This document shows positions 1 through 9,220 of a DNA stretch of 64,000 nucleotides, piece by piece. Location: assembly GCA_023481175.1 (NCBI GenBank), contig JAMCWM010000012.1, positions 1-64,000 on the forward strand. Reading direction: 5' to 3'. Every line of letters begins with the position of its first letter. Positions within the stretch are counted from its first letter, which is position 1. The DNA comes from Nitrospirota bacterium. Its GTDB lineage: Bacteria > Nitrospirota > Leptospirillia > Leptospirillales > Leptospirillaceae. Under the pieces are notes generated by a model that worked only from the letters and a program-made list of their open reading frames with translations, had not been told where the DNA came from and searched no databases. Position numbers and translations under genes: made by a program.

Positions 1-157
1 GGCAGACCGGCCTGGATCTCTTTCGAGGAAAGATCTCGACGACCACGGATTCTTCTCCTTCGACCTTCCTGAAAAAGACGTTCCCGAAGACAAAGCCCTT
101 GAAACGAGCGAGACGATTCAGTACAGTTTTGATAAGCATTGCTCGTTCTCCAAATGG

Positions 158-653
158 TTGATCGTTATCGCAAAAACAATCATACCAAAAGAGAAGGGCA
201 ATGCCTTATTGTTTACCCACAGATTCTGCGGACGAGGCGGAACCAGGGTCCGAGTATCCGTGAAATTTTGGATGCTGGGGGGGGGTTTTAGAGAGAGTTC
301 AGGGGGTGGCAATCATCGCCGGAATAAGTGGCCATCGTGCATCGGAATCAGGTGGCAACCATGGATCGGAATATGCACTATGCCATTCCGAATTCGCTGA
401 TCGAGGAATGCCGATCGGTTTTTCGCCTGGGGCGGGTTCGTCGACAGCGTCACCCAGTACCAGGGGATGGCCACCTGCGAGAAGATCAGCGAAGCCTATC
501 TGGTCCCGGTCCTGGAAGAGATGCTGGAGGGCCCCCGTTCGTGATTCTGGGCATTCGTTCCGACAACGGATCAGGCCAAAAACGGACTTTGAACTCCTGT
601 CGATGCCGAGCATCGTAGTCTTCATGGTGGTGACTCCTTCTTTTGACACGTGA
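158..653 (+). pseudogene. Degraded transposase/integrase-core remnant (DDE rve-like); frameshifted, no intact ORF
   Basis: Three overlapping + frames carry fragments such as PFVILGIRSDNGS (the DNGSEF-like integrase core motif) and FVDSVTQYQGMATCEKISEAYL. No continuous reading frame. Lies next to another IS remnant. Confidence 0.3.
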
Positions 654-877
654 TTGGTTGGCTGTCACTCTACCAATTTGGCCTTCTTGAGGCCGTTAAG
701 GAAGAGGGAGGGACCATTTTCAGCTAGCAGATAGAAAAGAAATCTGGTACTCTTCAACAGAATCAAAGGGCAGGCGGGTGTCGAGGGATGATCGACTGTC
801 TGCGGGTTCCCGCTTCATATGAGGCGGAACTCTTTATCTTCTTTGACTTCTATTCACACAAAACAGAGGGAGGACTT

Positions 878-1225
878 ATGAAACGCATGAAGGGATTCAT
901 TGCCGCCTCCGTGATCCTGGGAACGATGCTTCTGACCGGTTGCAGCATGTGGACCGCTCCCTATGGGACGGAAGAAGGGTCGGCCGGAACCATCTATACC
1001 GATCTGACGGTTGGTTCTCCGCTCAAGGACAATCCGAACGGATCTTCGCTCAAGCGAGGGGAAGCCTGCAGCACGGCGATCATCGGCTTCCAGACGGACG
1101 GGGACTCGTCTACACAGACGGCCATGAAGAACGGGAGCATCAAGCATCTTGTCTCCGTAAAGCACCATATTACGAGTATTCTGGGAATCTATACCAAGGT
1201 CTGCACGATTGCGAAGGGCAATTAA
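878..1225 (+). CDS. Small lipoprotein (signal peptide with LTGC lipobox), TRL-like family candidate
   Basis: MKRMKGFIAASVILGTMLLTGCSMW N-terminus is a lipoprotein signal. About 115 aa. No family match could be verified without a search. Confidence 0.45.
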   Translation: MKRMKGFIAASVILGTMLLTGCSMWTAPYGTEEGSAGTIYTDLTVGSPLKDNPNGSSLKRGEACSTAIIGFQTDGDSSTQTAMKNGSIKHLVSVKHHITSILGIYTKVCTIAKGN

Positions 1226-1343
1226 TCACTCATGAGGGATTGCGGGACAGAAGCTGCCATTTTGATCAAAATCATCTAGAGGGCACCCTCTGTCCCGATT
1301 CCGGAATTTTTTTATATCGTCCGGGCGGGAAGTCGTATTTTAG

Positions 1344-2045
1344 TCAGGCACCACCAAGTCCCATTGAGTTTCGAGATCGTCGTCGCGATTCCGGATGTTG
1401 CGGATGATCCAGATGCGACCCGAAGCGTTTACTCCGACTCCTTATCTGTCCTTCCAGCCCGCAATCGCCTTGCGCGTAAATCCGGGAACCTCCGTCAACG
1501 TGATGTGCAAAGGATGGCCATGATCGTCGAGAGAGACCCCTGCGACAAAGAGCCCCTTGTTTTCCGAACCCCGCCCCGCCTTGCCGCCTGAATGTTCTCC
1601 GCCTAAAGTGATGTCGTCTCCCTTTCCCTGGCTCTCGAGCGTGTAGAGAGTTTCGCGCTCGGCCATCGCTTGCATGAGTTTGTGATGCATCCGCCAGGCG
1701 GTGGGGTCCGCTGACTCCCAAGGCCCGTTTCAACGCCAGAGAGGACAAGCCCGTTTTCACCTCGCTGATCAGAGAGATTTCCAGGAACCGGAGGGTCAGA
1801 GGCAGATGCGTGCTTTGGAACAAGGTGCCGGCGATGAGCGATGTCTGGTGTCGACAAGCTTGGCATTGAGAGGTCTTGCGCAATCCCGATTCGGCAGGAA
1901 GGACGCAATGGCTTGAGTTTCCGCACTGTGGACAACGAAAGCCGGAAGGCCAGCGCGCTTGCTCGACGGCTGCCGCACATTGCATTTCGGTCCCGGAACT
2001 GCTGGAGAAAAGCCGGCATCGACAGGCCTGGCTGAGATTGAACAC
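1344..2045 (-). pseudogene. IS1595-family (ISXO2-like) transposase, frameshifted and C-terminally truncated
   Basis: The N-terminus has the zinc-ribbon ARWPSGFRCPQCG and then TLFQSTHLPLTLRFLEISLISEVKTGLSSLALKRALGVS, typical of IS1595 transposases. A second frame (1442..1690) continues with MHHKLMQAMAERE...GGKAGRGSENKGLFVAGVSLDDHGHPLHITLTEVPGFTRKAIAGW, the ISXO2 DDE domain, and then stops early. Confidence 0.7.
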
Positions 2046-2282
2046 GATTCATAGGAATGGGCGTCCTCCGACTACAGGTAGACATAGAGTCTGCGCCTTC
2101 TGGTTGCGAAATATCGGAGCCGGGCTGAACAATCGTGGTAATAAGACACCCAAATTTAATAACATAGATCCTTTCCCGAGGGAATCTTGACGATTCTCTC
2201 CCCGGGATGGTGTACAATGTCATCCAAAAGAGGTTCGCAACCGTATCAAGATCATGACGTGTTTTTTGGAGGAGGCGCTCCC

Positions 2283-2858
2283 ATGAAGATCTTCGTCGAA
2301 CGATGGCTTCCCTCCGGATTGCTCCTGGCCCTTTTCCTTCTTCCGGCCGCCTGCCAGACCTCTCCGGCCGTTCCCTACCTTCCCCCGCCTCCGGGGACAC
2401 CCGCCCAGCGGGGAATCCCCCTCCGGCCGATCGTCTCCGACATCGCAAAGCTCCTGCACGATGCCGGTCTCCGGAGCGGCCAGAAGATCCGGGTGGGGGT
2501 CATCCGCTACACGACCCCCTCCGGAGCCTCCCGGACCTTCGGCCGCTACCTCTCCCAGAAAATCGGGGAAGGCCTTTCGGAGGATTCGGGGATCTACCTC
2601 ATCGATCCCGGTCAGATCTACGAGGCCCTCCACGAGATGGGCATCGAACAGGGGCTTCTCGACACGAAGAGGCTGCTCGAAGTCGGCCAGAAGGTCGGGG
2701 CCGATGTCCTGGTCATCGGCACCTACACCGACCTGGGGCAGAAGATCGATATCCAGTCCCGGCTGGTGGCCCTGCCCGACGGCCAGCAGCTGGGGCTTTT
2801 CTCCCGGAAGATCCCGAAGACAGGGGAGGTCCTGAATCTCATCAAAGTCGGCCCCTAG
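2283..2858 (+). CDS. Lipoprotein with LpoB/FlgO/CsgG-like fold (hypothetical)
   Basis: MKIFVERWLPSGLLLALFLLPAAC is a signal peptide plus lipobox. The mature part (VGVIRYTTPSG...VLVIGTYTDLGQKIDIQSRLVALPDGQQL) resembles periplasmic TolB-N/LpoB-like alpha/beta lipoproteins. The upstream part of the six-frame ORF was rejected. Confidence 0.55.
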   Translation: MKIFVERWLPSGLLLALFLLPAACQTSPAVPYLPPPPGTPAQRGIPLRPIVSDIAKLLHDAGLRSGQKIRVGVIRYTTPSGASRTFGRYLSQKIGEGLSEDSGIYLIDPGQIYEALHEMGIEQGLLDTKRLLEVGQKVGADVLVIGTYTDLGQKIDIQSRLVALPDGQQLGLFSRKIPKTGEVLNLIKVGP

Positions 2859-2893
2859 ACCCACACAAACAGACTGAAATAAGGAGATTTCCC

Positions 2894-3766
2894 ATGGAGA
2901 CGATTCCTCTTCCCGCAGGTCGGAGCACCGGTCTAAAAGGCCGCCGGACAAGGGCCAGGGGGCGGGCGGCTGCAGCCGGCCTTTCCCTTCTCGCCCTTTC
3001 GCTCTTGTCCGGATGCATCGAGTCCATCGATCCCGGAAAGGCGGCCGTCCTCTGGACCATCAGCCAGGGCACCGACACGAAGACGATCTACCGGGAGGGC
3101 GTCCAGATCATCGCGCCCTGGAACGAACTTTACATCTACGACCTGCGGACCCAGGAGGCCAGGCTGTCGCTTCATGTCCTCTCGGTCAACGGTCTGGCCA
3201 TCGACGTGGATTCTTCCGTTCTCTACCGGATCCAGGGAAAGGCTCTTCCGACACTTCAGGAAAAGGTCGGGCCGGACTACTATCATGTCCTGATCTCCCC
3301 CTATGTCATGAGCGAGGCCCGAAAGATCGTGGGGCGCTTTACCCCCTCCCAGATCTATTCGAGCCAGCGGGAGACGATCGAGCGGCTCATCCTCGAGGGA
3401 ATCCGGGAGAAGCTCCGGAACTATCCCATCACGGTCGAGGGCTTCCTGATCAGGGACGTGCGCCTTCCCCGCATCATCCGGGTGGCGATCGAGCGAAAGC
3501 TCACCGAGGAGCAGAACTACCAGCGCATGGAGTATGTGCTTGAGGTGGCGCAGAAGACGGCCCAGAAGCGCCGGATCGAGGCCCAGGGCATCGCGGCCTT
3601 CCAGAAGATCGTCCAGGAGAACCTGACCCGGAGCTACCTGACCTGGAAGGGGATCGAGGCGACGGAAAAGCTCGCCAAGAGTCCCAACACGAAGATCGTC
3701 ATCATCGGAAGCGGCAAGAACGGACTCCCGGTGATCCTGAACGCCGATCCCGGCTCCGGGCGATAG
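2894..3766 (+). CDS. SPFH/Band-7 (prohibitin/HflC-like) lipoprotein
   Basis: METIPLP start with signal plus LLSGC lipobox. The body (KAAVLWTISQGTDTKTIYREGVQIIAPWNELYIYDLRTQE...ERKLTEEQNYQRMEYVLEVAQKTAQKRRIEAQGIAAFQ) is typical of the SPFH domain and its coiled coil. The long N-terminal extension of ORF 2303..3766 overlaps the previous gene and was rejected. Confidence 0.85.
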   Translation: METIPLPAGRSTGLKGRRTRARGRAAAAGLSLLALSLLSGCIESIDPGKAAVLWTISQGTDTKTIYREGVQIIAPWNELYIYDLRTQEARLSLHVLSVNGLAIDVDSSVLYRIQGKALPTLQEKVGPDYYHVLISPYVMSEARKIVGRFTPSQIYSSQRETIERLILEGIREKLRNYPITVEGFLIRDVRLPRIIRVAIERKLTEEQNYQRMEYVLEVAQKTAQKRRIEAQGIAAFQKIVQENLTRSYLTWKGIEATEKLAKSPNTKIVIIGSGKNGLPVILNADPGSGR

Positions 3767-3876
3767 GGCGGAACGGGCCCGGAAAGAAGCCTCCGGTCCG
3801 TAAGGGAAGAATGATGAAGATTCTGAGAGAAGACCTGAAGAAGACAGATTTTTCTGATATCACCACCGGAGAGGGC

Positions 3877-4290
3877 ATGCGCCCCCTGCACCCCGGCGTC
3901 TTTTTACGGGAGATCATTGAGGAATTCGCCCTTTCCCAGGCCAGGCTTGCAGACATGGTAGGCGTCAGTCCTATGCGCATTTCCCATGTGATGAACGGGA
4001 CGCGATCGATCACAGCGGAGCTCGCCTTGAAGTTTGGCGAGCTCTTTGGTCAAACTCCCGAATACTGGCTCAGTCTTCAGTCCTCGTACGACCTGGAAAA
4101 AGCAGGAAAATCTCCTGATTTGGATCTTGAGGCAATCAGGAAGACCCATAAGTGGTTGCTCTCACAAAGTCGAACATTGTCCCCAGCAAGAGAGGTCCGA
4201 GCTTCTCGTCACCGATCGCCTCGTTCGGGATCAAATGGCAAGGAAGCCCGTCAGACAATCGCGGGACGCAAGACAAAGACAAAAGGATAA
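3877..4290 (+). CDS. higA: HigA-family antitoxin-like XRE HTH protein (orphan; no HigB seen)
   Basis: MRPLHPGVFLREIIEEFALSQARLADMVGVSPMRISHVMNGTRSITAELALKFGELFGQTPEYWLSLQSSYDL matches the HigA antidote signature (PxHPGExL, HTH, YDL). GGAGAGGG precedes the ATG at 3877. The C-terminal end is uncertain. Confidence 0.7.
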   Translation: MRPLHPGVFLREIIEEFALSQARLADMVGVSPMRISHVMNGTRSITAELALKFGELFGQTPEYWLSLQSSYDLEKAGKSPDLDLEAIRKTHKWLLSQSRTLSPAREVRASRHRSPRSGSNGKEARQTIAGRKTKTKG

Positions 4291-4633
4291 GATCACAAAA
4301 GAAAAGGTTTTTCAGCTCTTTCGCGGGGCAAAGGAGTGGTCCCGATCCCTCACTTAAAGAGACCTCCGGACCATGTCCGGAAATCTCAGTCAGCGGAACT
4401 TCCGGGCCTAGTGTCGGGGAAGGGCTTCTGTCCCGATCAGGGGGGGCAGGGGGGAGGAGCGGTCCCGAAGCCGTCTCCCATTCGCGCGGAAATCCCGCAA
4501 TCCCCCGGAGGGCGGGAGAGAGCGGAGAAAGTAGATTCTCGGAAATAGACGGAAAAATCACATAAAAACTCGGGGGTCCCGGAGGCGTTTCGGGGCCACC
4601 CCTATATCGAAGGAGGAGGAATTGACGACGAAA

Positions 4634-5107
4634 ATGGGACTGGTCGAAGGAGACAAGGCCCCGGATTTTACGGCAGAGGCGGCGGGGGCGTCCGCTTCCA
4701 AAGTCTCCCTGTCGGATTATGCGGGAAAAACGGTCGTGCTCTATTTTTACCCCAAGGACGACACGCCGGGATGCACCACCGAGGCCTGTGACTTCCGGGA
4801 TTCGGAACGGGCGCTGTTCGACCGGGGGATCGTGGTCCTCGGGGTCTCGAAAGATTCTGTGGCGAGCCACGAGAAATTCCGGAAGAAGTATGGCCTGATC
4901 TTCCCGCTTCTGTCGGATCCCGACGGAAAAATCTGCGAATCCTACGGGGTGATCAAGGAAAAGACCATGTACGGGGTCAAGCGTCTCGGCATCGACCGGA
5001 GCACCTTCGTGATCGGTCCCGACGGCAAGATCCTCCGGATCTTCCGGTCGGTGAAGGTGGCGGGCCATGTCGCGGCGGTTCTGGAGGCGATCGAACGAAA
5101 GACCTAG
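4634..5107 (+). CDS. bcp: Peroxiredoxin Bcp (thiol peroxidase)
   Basis: GDKAPDF, YFYPKDDTPGCTTEACDFRD (peroxidatic Cys motif) and GVSKDSVASHEKFRKKYGL are all present. RBS AGGAGGAGGA lies upstream. Confidence 0.9.
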   Translation: MGLVEGDKAPDFTAEAAGASASKVSLSDYAGKTVVLYFYPKDDTPGCTTEACDFRDSERALFDRGIVVLGVSKDSVASHEKFRKKYGLIFPLLSDPDGKICESYGVIKEKTMYGVKRLGIDRSTFVIGPDGKILRIFRSVKVAGHVAAVLEAIERKT

Positions 5108-5230
5108 AGCCGTCTCGACCGCCTCTTCCTGTATCTGGGGAGAGCGTCCTTTCTTGCGACGTTCGACGTTTTCGGGGGGCTTCCGGCTTGCGAAAGCCCA
5201 TCCGCAGAGGGGAGGGGGTGTATGTTCGGC

Positions 5231-6295
5231 CTAAGGGCCGGGACGCGGCCCCATCTCGATTCTCACCCTGGGAAGCTCTCCGCCCCCCCGTCGTTGGAGG
5301 TAGCCCAACAGACCTTCCCGGACATAGACGGACAGGTCCCAGCGGGAGCCTGAGTCCCGGGCGGAGAAGAGAGCTCTCATCTGGACCGCTTTTTCGTCGA
5401 GGGAGGTGACCTGGAGATTCCAGACATGGCCGTCCCAGAGGGGCGTCGAGTCCAGGACGACCTTGAGCTGATCCCGAAGATCCCGGATGGAGACGGTATA
5501 GTCCGCATAGATGTGGACGTACCCGAGAAGGGCCGCAGATTTGTAAGTCCAGTTCTGGAAGGGCTTCTCGATGAAGTAGGAGAGAGGCAGGACCAGACGC
5601 CTCAGGTCCCAGATCCGCACGACGACGTAAGCGATTCCGATCTCCTCGATCCACCCCCATTCGTTTTCCGCAATCACCACATCGTCGATCCGTATCGGCT
5701 GGGTCAGGGCGATCTGGACCCCGGCAATCACGTTCGTCAGAAGGGGACGGGCCGCGAGGCCGATCACCAGCCCGGCCAGCCCGGCCGAGGCCAGAAGGCT
5801 TTCCCCGAAGGAGCGGATCCGGGGAACGGTCATAAGGGCGGAGGAGGCCGAAAGAATCACGATCGCAATGATCAGGAGGCGTTCGACAAGAACGATCCTT
5901 GTCCGGGTCTTCCGGGATTCCAGATCGTCCGTGGAGGACGACGGATAGCGGGAGGAGAGGATGTCCCCCGTGATGCGGACGAGCGCGATCAGCGTCCAGG
6001 CGACGGTCAGGATGGTGAGAAGAACCGCCACGCGCAAAAGGACCGTTTCTGTTCTTCCGGAAAAAGGGAGGGCCGGATGGATGACCAGCATGACGAGTTC
6101 CATGGAAAGGAACAGCGTTGGCCAGCGGATCCGGTTCAGAGGGTGTTTTCCGGTCACATCCGTCCACTTCTCCATCTTCCGGCTGGCGATGTGCAGGAAA
6201 AAGCCATGAAGGATCCCCCCCGCGGCCAGGGAGGACAGCAGAAACACAAGCGGTTGCTTCCACGAATTGTCGGCAAAAGGATCAGAAGGCATCGT
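5231..6295 (-). CDS. MscS-family mechanosensitive channel
   Basis: N-terminal TM helices are followed by ...LAGLVIGLAARPLLTNVIAGVQIALTQPIRIDDVVIAENEWGWIEEIGIAYVVVRIWDLRRLVLPLSYF, the MscS TM3/beta-domain signature. Start chosen at MPSDPF (6295), not at the upstream ORF start 6481. Confidence 0.85.
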   Translation of the reverse strand, partial: TMPSDPFADNSWKQPLVFLLSSLAAGGILHGFFLHIASRKMEKWTDVTGKHPLNRIRWPTLFLSMELVMLVIHPALPFSGRTETVLLRVAVLLTILTVAWTLIALVRITGDILSSRYPSSSTDDLESRKTRTRIVLVERLLIIAIVILSASSALMTVPRIRSFGESLLASAGLAGLVIGLAARPLLTNVIAGVQIALTQPIRIDDVVIAENEWGWIEEIGIAYVVVRIWDLRRLVLPLSYFIEKPFQNWTYKSAALLGYVHIYADYTVSIRDLRDQLKVVLDSTPLWDGHVWNLQVTSLDEKAVQMRALFSARDSGSRWDLSVYVREGLLGYLQRRGGGELPRVRIEMGPRPGP

Positions 6296-6595
6296 CTGGC
6301 TCCTTATCTTTAGAGGAAGGGAGAGTCCGGAGCGGGCGACCAGCCCGGGGCGGACAGTCTCCGGAACTGGGTGTTCTCTTCGGACGGAACGGAGAAGCAC
6401 TGCCTTTACGACACCGCTTCGGCCCCGCTCCGCCGGCATGTCAAGATCAAAGGTCATGCCAACCCGTTGGTAGCGTAGCAAATCGGAGACCTGAGACAGG
6501 AAATTGAACTAAACGTACTCCAGGTTTTTGGGATCCCTCTCCAGTGTCGCCGTCAGGCGATCACCAACGTAGATGTCGAGAATATCGCGGTCCAT

Positions 6596-6883
6596 CTAGA
6601 TCTCTCCGGCCAGTCGCATCTTCTTCAGTTCGTCCATGTTCGGAAACCTTCCGGCAACCCGGCCACGGTCAACCGGCTTTTGGACTATTCTGAGATCCAG
6701 CCCGAGGACATCAAGCAACCTCACGAGCGTTTCAACGGACATGTTGGTCGTCCCCTTCTCGATGGAATTGAGTGCGACCCGGGAAATTCCGCTCCGTTTC
6801 GCCAGGACGGCCTGGGTCAGACCCATGCGCTTCCTGGCATCTTTAATTTCCGCGGCAATGCCGGCAACCCTCTGACTCATCAA
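6596..6883 (-). CDS. XRE-family HTH transcriptional regulator (HipB-like)
   Basis: RKRMGLTQAVLAKRSGISRVALNSIEKGTTNMSVETLVRLLDVLGLDL is a classic Cro/C1 HTH. No HipA-like partner is adjacent. Confidence 0.7.
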   Translation of the reverse strand: MMSQRVAGIAAEIKDARKRMGLTQAVLAKRSGISRVALNSIEKGTTNMSVETLVRLLDVLGLDLRIVQKPVDRGRVAGRFPNMDELKKMRLAGEI

Positions 6884-7224
6884 CAGGCCCTCCTTTCAAC
6901 GAAAAAGAATGTCATTGAAACGAGGTGATGTCAAGTAAACTTTACATCTCCGTTTGAGACACGAGTCGGAGTCTCGGGAATATACACCGGAAGCCCACGG
7001 CCAAAGCCGGGGAGCAGTCATAGCGGAGATGTCCCGCTTTTAAGCAACTGTTTTTCCATCTTTACGACGGTCGTCATCGAAGGAGGAATTTGAAGTTATC
7101 TCATCGCTCCCGGCAATACCACCCCCTTTCGGCGCCCGTCCCCGCAGGGTTTTCCCCTTCCCGGAAAAGTCCCTCTCGCACGAGGAACGGCAAGCCTTTC
7201 CGTGGTCCCGGGGGCGTGTCCCGT

Positions 7225-7254
7225 TTGACCATCTTTTTTGCCGGGTGATATACT
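7225..7254 (+). promoter_or_regulatory. Candidate sigma70-type promoter upstream of arc (TTGACC-N18-TATACT)
   Basis: TTGACC at 7225 and TATACT at 7249, about 135 bp upstream of the arc start. Read by eye only. Confidence 0.3.
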
Positions 7255-7388
7255 TTGACCTCGGGGGGAATGACGCTCCTGTCGTTCGCCCCCTGCGAAC
7301 CCACATCCGAACACGCCGTCCGGGGAGCCGTTCCGTCGATCCCTCCGGACGCAGGGTCCATGTGGAACCCTCGCAGAAAGGAGAAGCG

Positions 7389-9170
7389 ATGCACGACTCT
7401 GCCGGCAACGAAGAGCCATGGGTGGACGTCAACCCCCCCCGTTCCGCGTCAGCACGTCCCGGGGAGATGGATGATCCGGGCGACTCCGAGATCTTCCGCC
7501 TCCGTCGACGCCTTGCCTTCCTCGAACAGATCGAGCGCTCCCACGCCGAAACCCGGGAAATGCTCGACTCCTCCGCCGAGATGAACCGGAAGCTCGAGGA
7601 GACCCTCAAAAAGGCCCGCAAGGAAATCCAGGCCCTCCGCGACGAACTGATCCGCCTGACAACGCCTCCCAACAGTTTTGCCGTCGTCCTCGGGACCAAT
7701 CTCCCGGCTCCGGGAGAAGTCTCGGCCCGGGGGGCCGCCGTCGAGGCCTCGGTCGACATCATCGTGGCCGGCCGCAAGATGCGGGTCAACATCGACCGGG
7801 CCATCGATCCGGACTCCGTCGCTCCCGGAGACGCCGTCCTTCTGAACGAGGCCTTCAATGTGGTAGGGAAGGCTCCGGGAGAGCGGCAGGGTGAGATCAT
7901 GACCGTGAAGGAGCTTCTGCCGGATGCCCGGATCCTGGTTTCCGGGGAGGCCGGAGTCGACCGGGTCGTCCTGCTCTCGCCCCTTCTTTCGGGAACCCCC
8001 CTGTCGGTGGGCGATCCCCTCATGGTGGACGTCCGCTCCGGATTCGCCCTCGAGAAGATGCCGAAGAGCGAGGTCGGACAGGTGGTGATCGAGGAGATCC
8101 CCACCGTGACCTTCGAGGACATCGGAGGGCTCGACGAAGAGCTCGAGATGGTCCGGGACGCGGTGGAGCTTCCCTTCCTCCATCCAGAACTCTTTACCCG
8201 CTATCAGCTCGAGCCCCCCAAAGGAGTCCTTCTCTATGGACCTCCCGGGTGCGGAAAGACCCTGATCGCCAAAGCCGTTGCCAATTCGGTCGGGCGCAGG
8301 ATGGCCGAACGGGGGGGAGAGGCCAGGTCCTACTTCCTGCACGTGAAGGGGCCGGAGCTCCTCAACAAGTATGTGGGAGAGTCGGAGCGCCAGATCCGGG
8401 AGGTCTTCGCCCGGGCCAGGGAAAAGGCCCAGGAAGGGCATCCGGTGATCGTCTTCTTCGACGAGATGGACTCCCTCTTCCGGACGCGGGGCACCGGCGT
8501 CTCCTCCGACATGGAAAGCACCATCGTCCCGCAGTTTCTGGCCGAGATCGACGGGGTCGAGCGGTTGCGGAACGTGATCGTGATCGGGGCCTCCAACCGA
8601 CAGGATCTCATCGATCCGGCCATCCTCCGCCCGGGACGTCTCGACGTCAAGATCCGGATCGACCGGCCCGACGAACGCAAGGCCCGGGCCATCTATCGCC
8701 GGTACCTGAACGAACGGGTGCCCCTGGCCGAGACCCTGACCGCGGGCCATGCCACTCTCTCCGAAGCGATCGAATTCCTGATCGACCGGACGGTTGAGTT
8801 CATGTACCGGAAGAGCGAGGAGAACCGCTTCCTCGAGGTCGCCTATGCCAGCGGGGAGAAGGAAGTTCTCTACTTCAAGGACTTTTCGAGCGGGGCGATG
8901 ATCTCTGGCATCGTGGCTCGGGCCAAGCAGACGGCCATCAAGCGCCAGCTGTCGGGAACCGGACCCGAGGGCCTCACCTTCGAGGACCTCTCCCAGGCCA
9001 TCCGCCGGGAGTTCCAGGAAAACGAGGACCTCCCCAACACCACCAACCCGGACGACTGGGCCCGCATTGCGGGACGCAAGAACGAGCGGATCGCAAGCGT
9101 CAAGACCCTCTCCTCCCGGGAGGCCCGGGAGCGGCCGGTGGAGACGATTCCCGTGGGGCACTACCTGTGA
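7389..9170 (+). CDS. arc: Proteasome-associated AAA ATPase ARC/Mpa
   Basis: N-terminal coiled coil (RRRLAFLEQIE...) is followed by an OB domain. Then an AAA module with GPPGCGKT Walker A and IVFFDEMD Walker B. C-terminal GHYL resembles the Mpa GQYL tail. RBS GGAGAAG precedes the ATG at 7389. Confidence 0.93.
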   Translation: MHDSAGNEEPWVDVNPPRSASARPGEMDDPGDSEIFRLRRRLAFLEQIERSHAETREMLDSSAEMNRKLEETLKKARKEIQALRDELIRLTTPPNSFAVVLGTNLPAPGEVSARGAAVEASVDIIVAGRKMRVNIDRAIDPDSVAPGDAVLLNEAFNVVGKAPGERQGEIMTVKELLPDARILVSGEAGVDRVVLLSPLLSGTPLSVGDPLMVDVRSGFALEKMPKSEVGQVVIEEIPTVTFEDIGGLDEELEMVRDAVELPFLHPELFTRYQLEPPKGVLLYGPPGCGKTLIAKAVANSVGRRMAERGGEARSYFLHVKGPELLNKYVGESERQIREVFARAREKAQEGHPVIVFFDEMDSLFRTRGTGVSSDMESTIVPQFLAEIDGVERLRNVIVIGASNRQDLIDPAILRPGRLDVKIRIDRPDERKARAIYRRYLNERVPLAETLTAGHATLSEAIEFLIDRTVEFMYRKSEENRFLEVAYASGEKEVLYFKDFSSGAMISGIVARAKQTAIKRQLSGTGPEGLTFEDLSQAIRREFQENEDLPNTTNPDDWARIAGRKNERIASVKTLSSREARERPVETIPVGHYL

Positions 9171-9220
9171 CCGAACCCCGGGAGAAGGCCCTCTCTCCCG
9201 CGGGGGGAGGAGGGATGGGA

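Noticed and set aside
2303-2893. N-terminal 197-aa extension of ORF 2303..3766
   Set aside because: It overlaps the upstream lipoprotein gene in another frame and is Pro/Arg-rich low complexity. A genuine SPFH start with signal peptide is at 2894.
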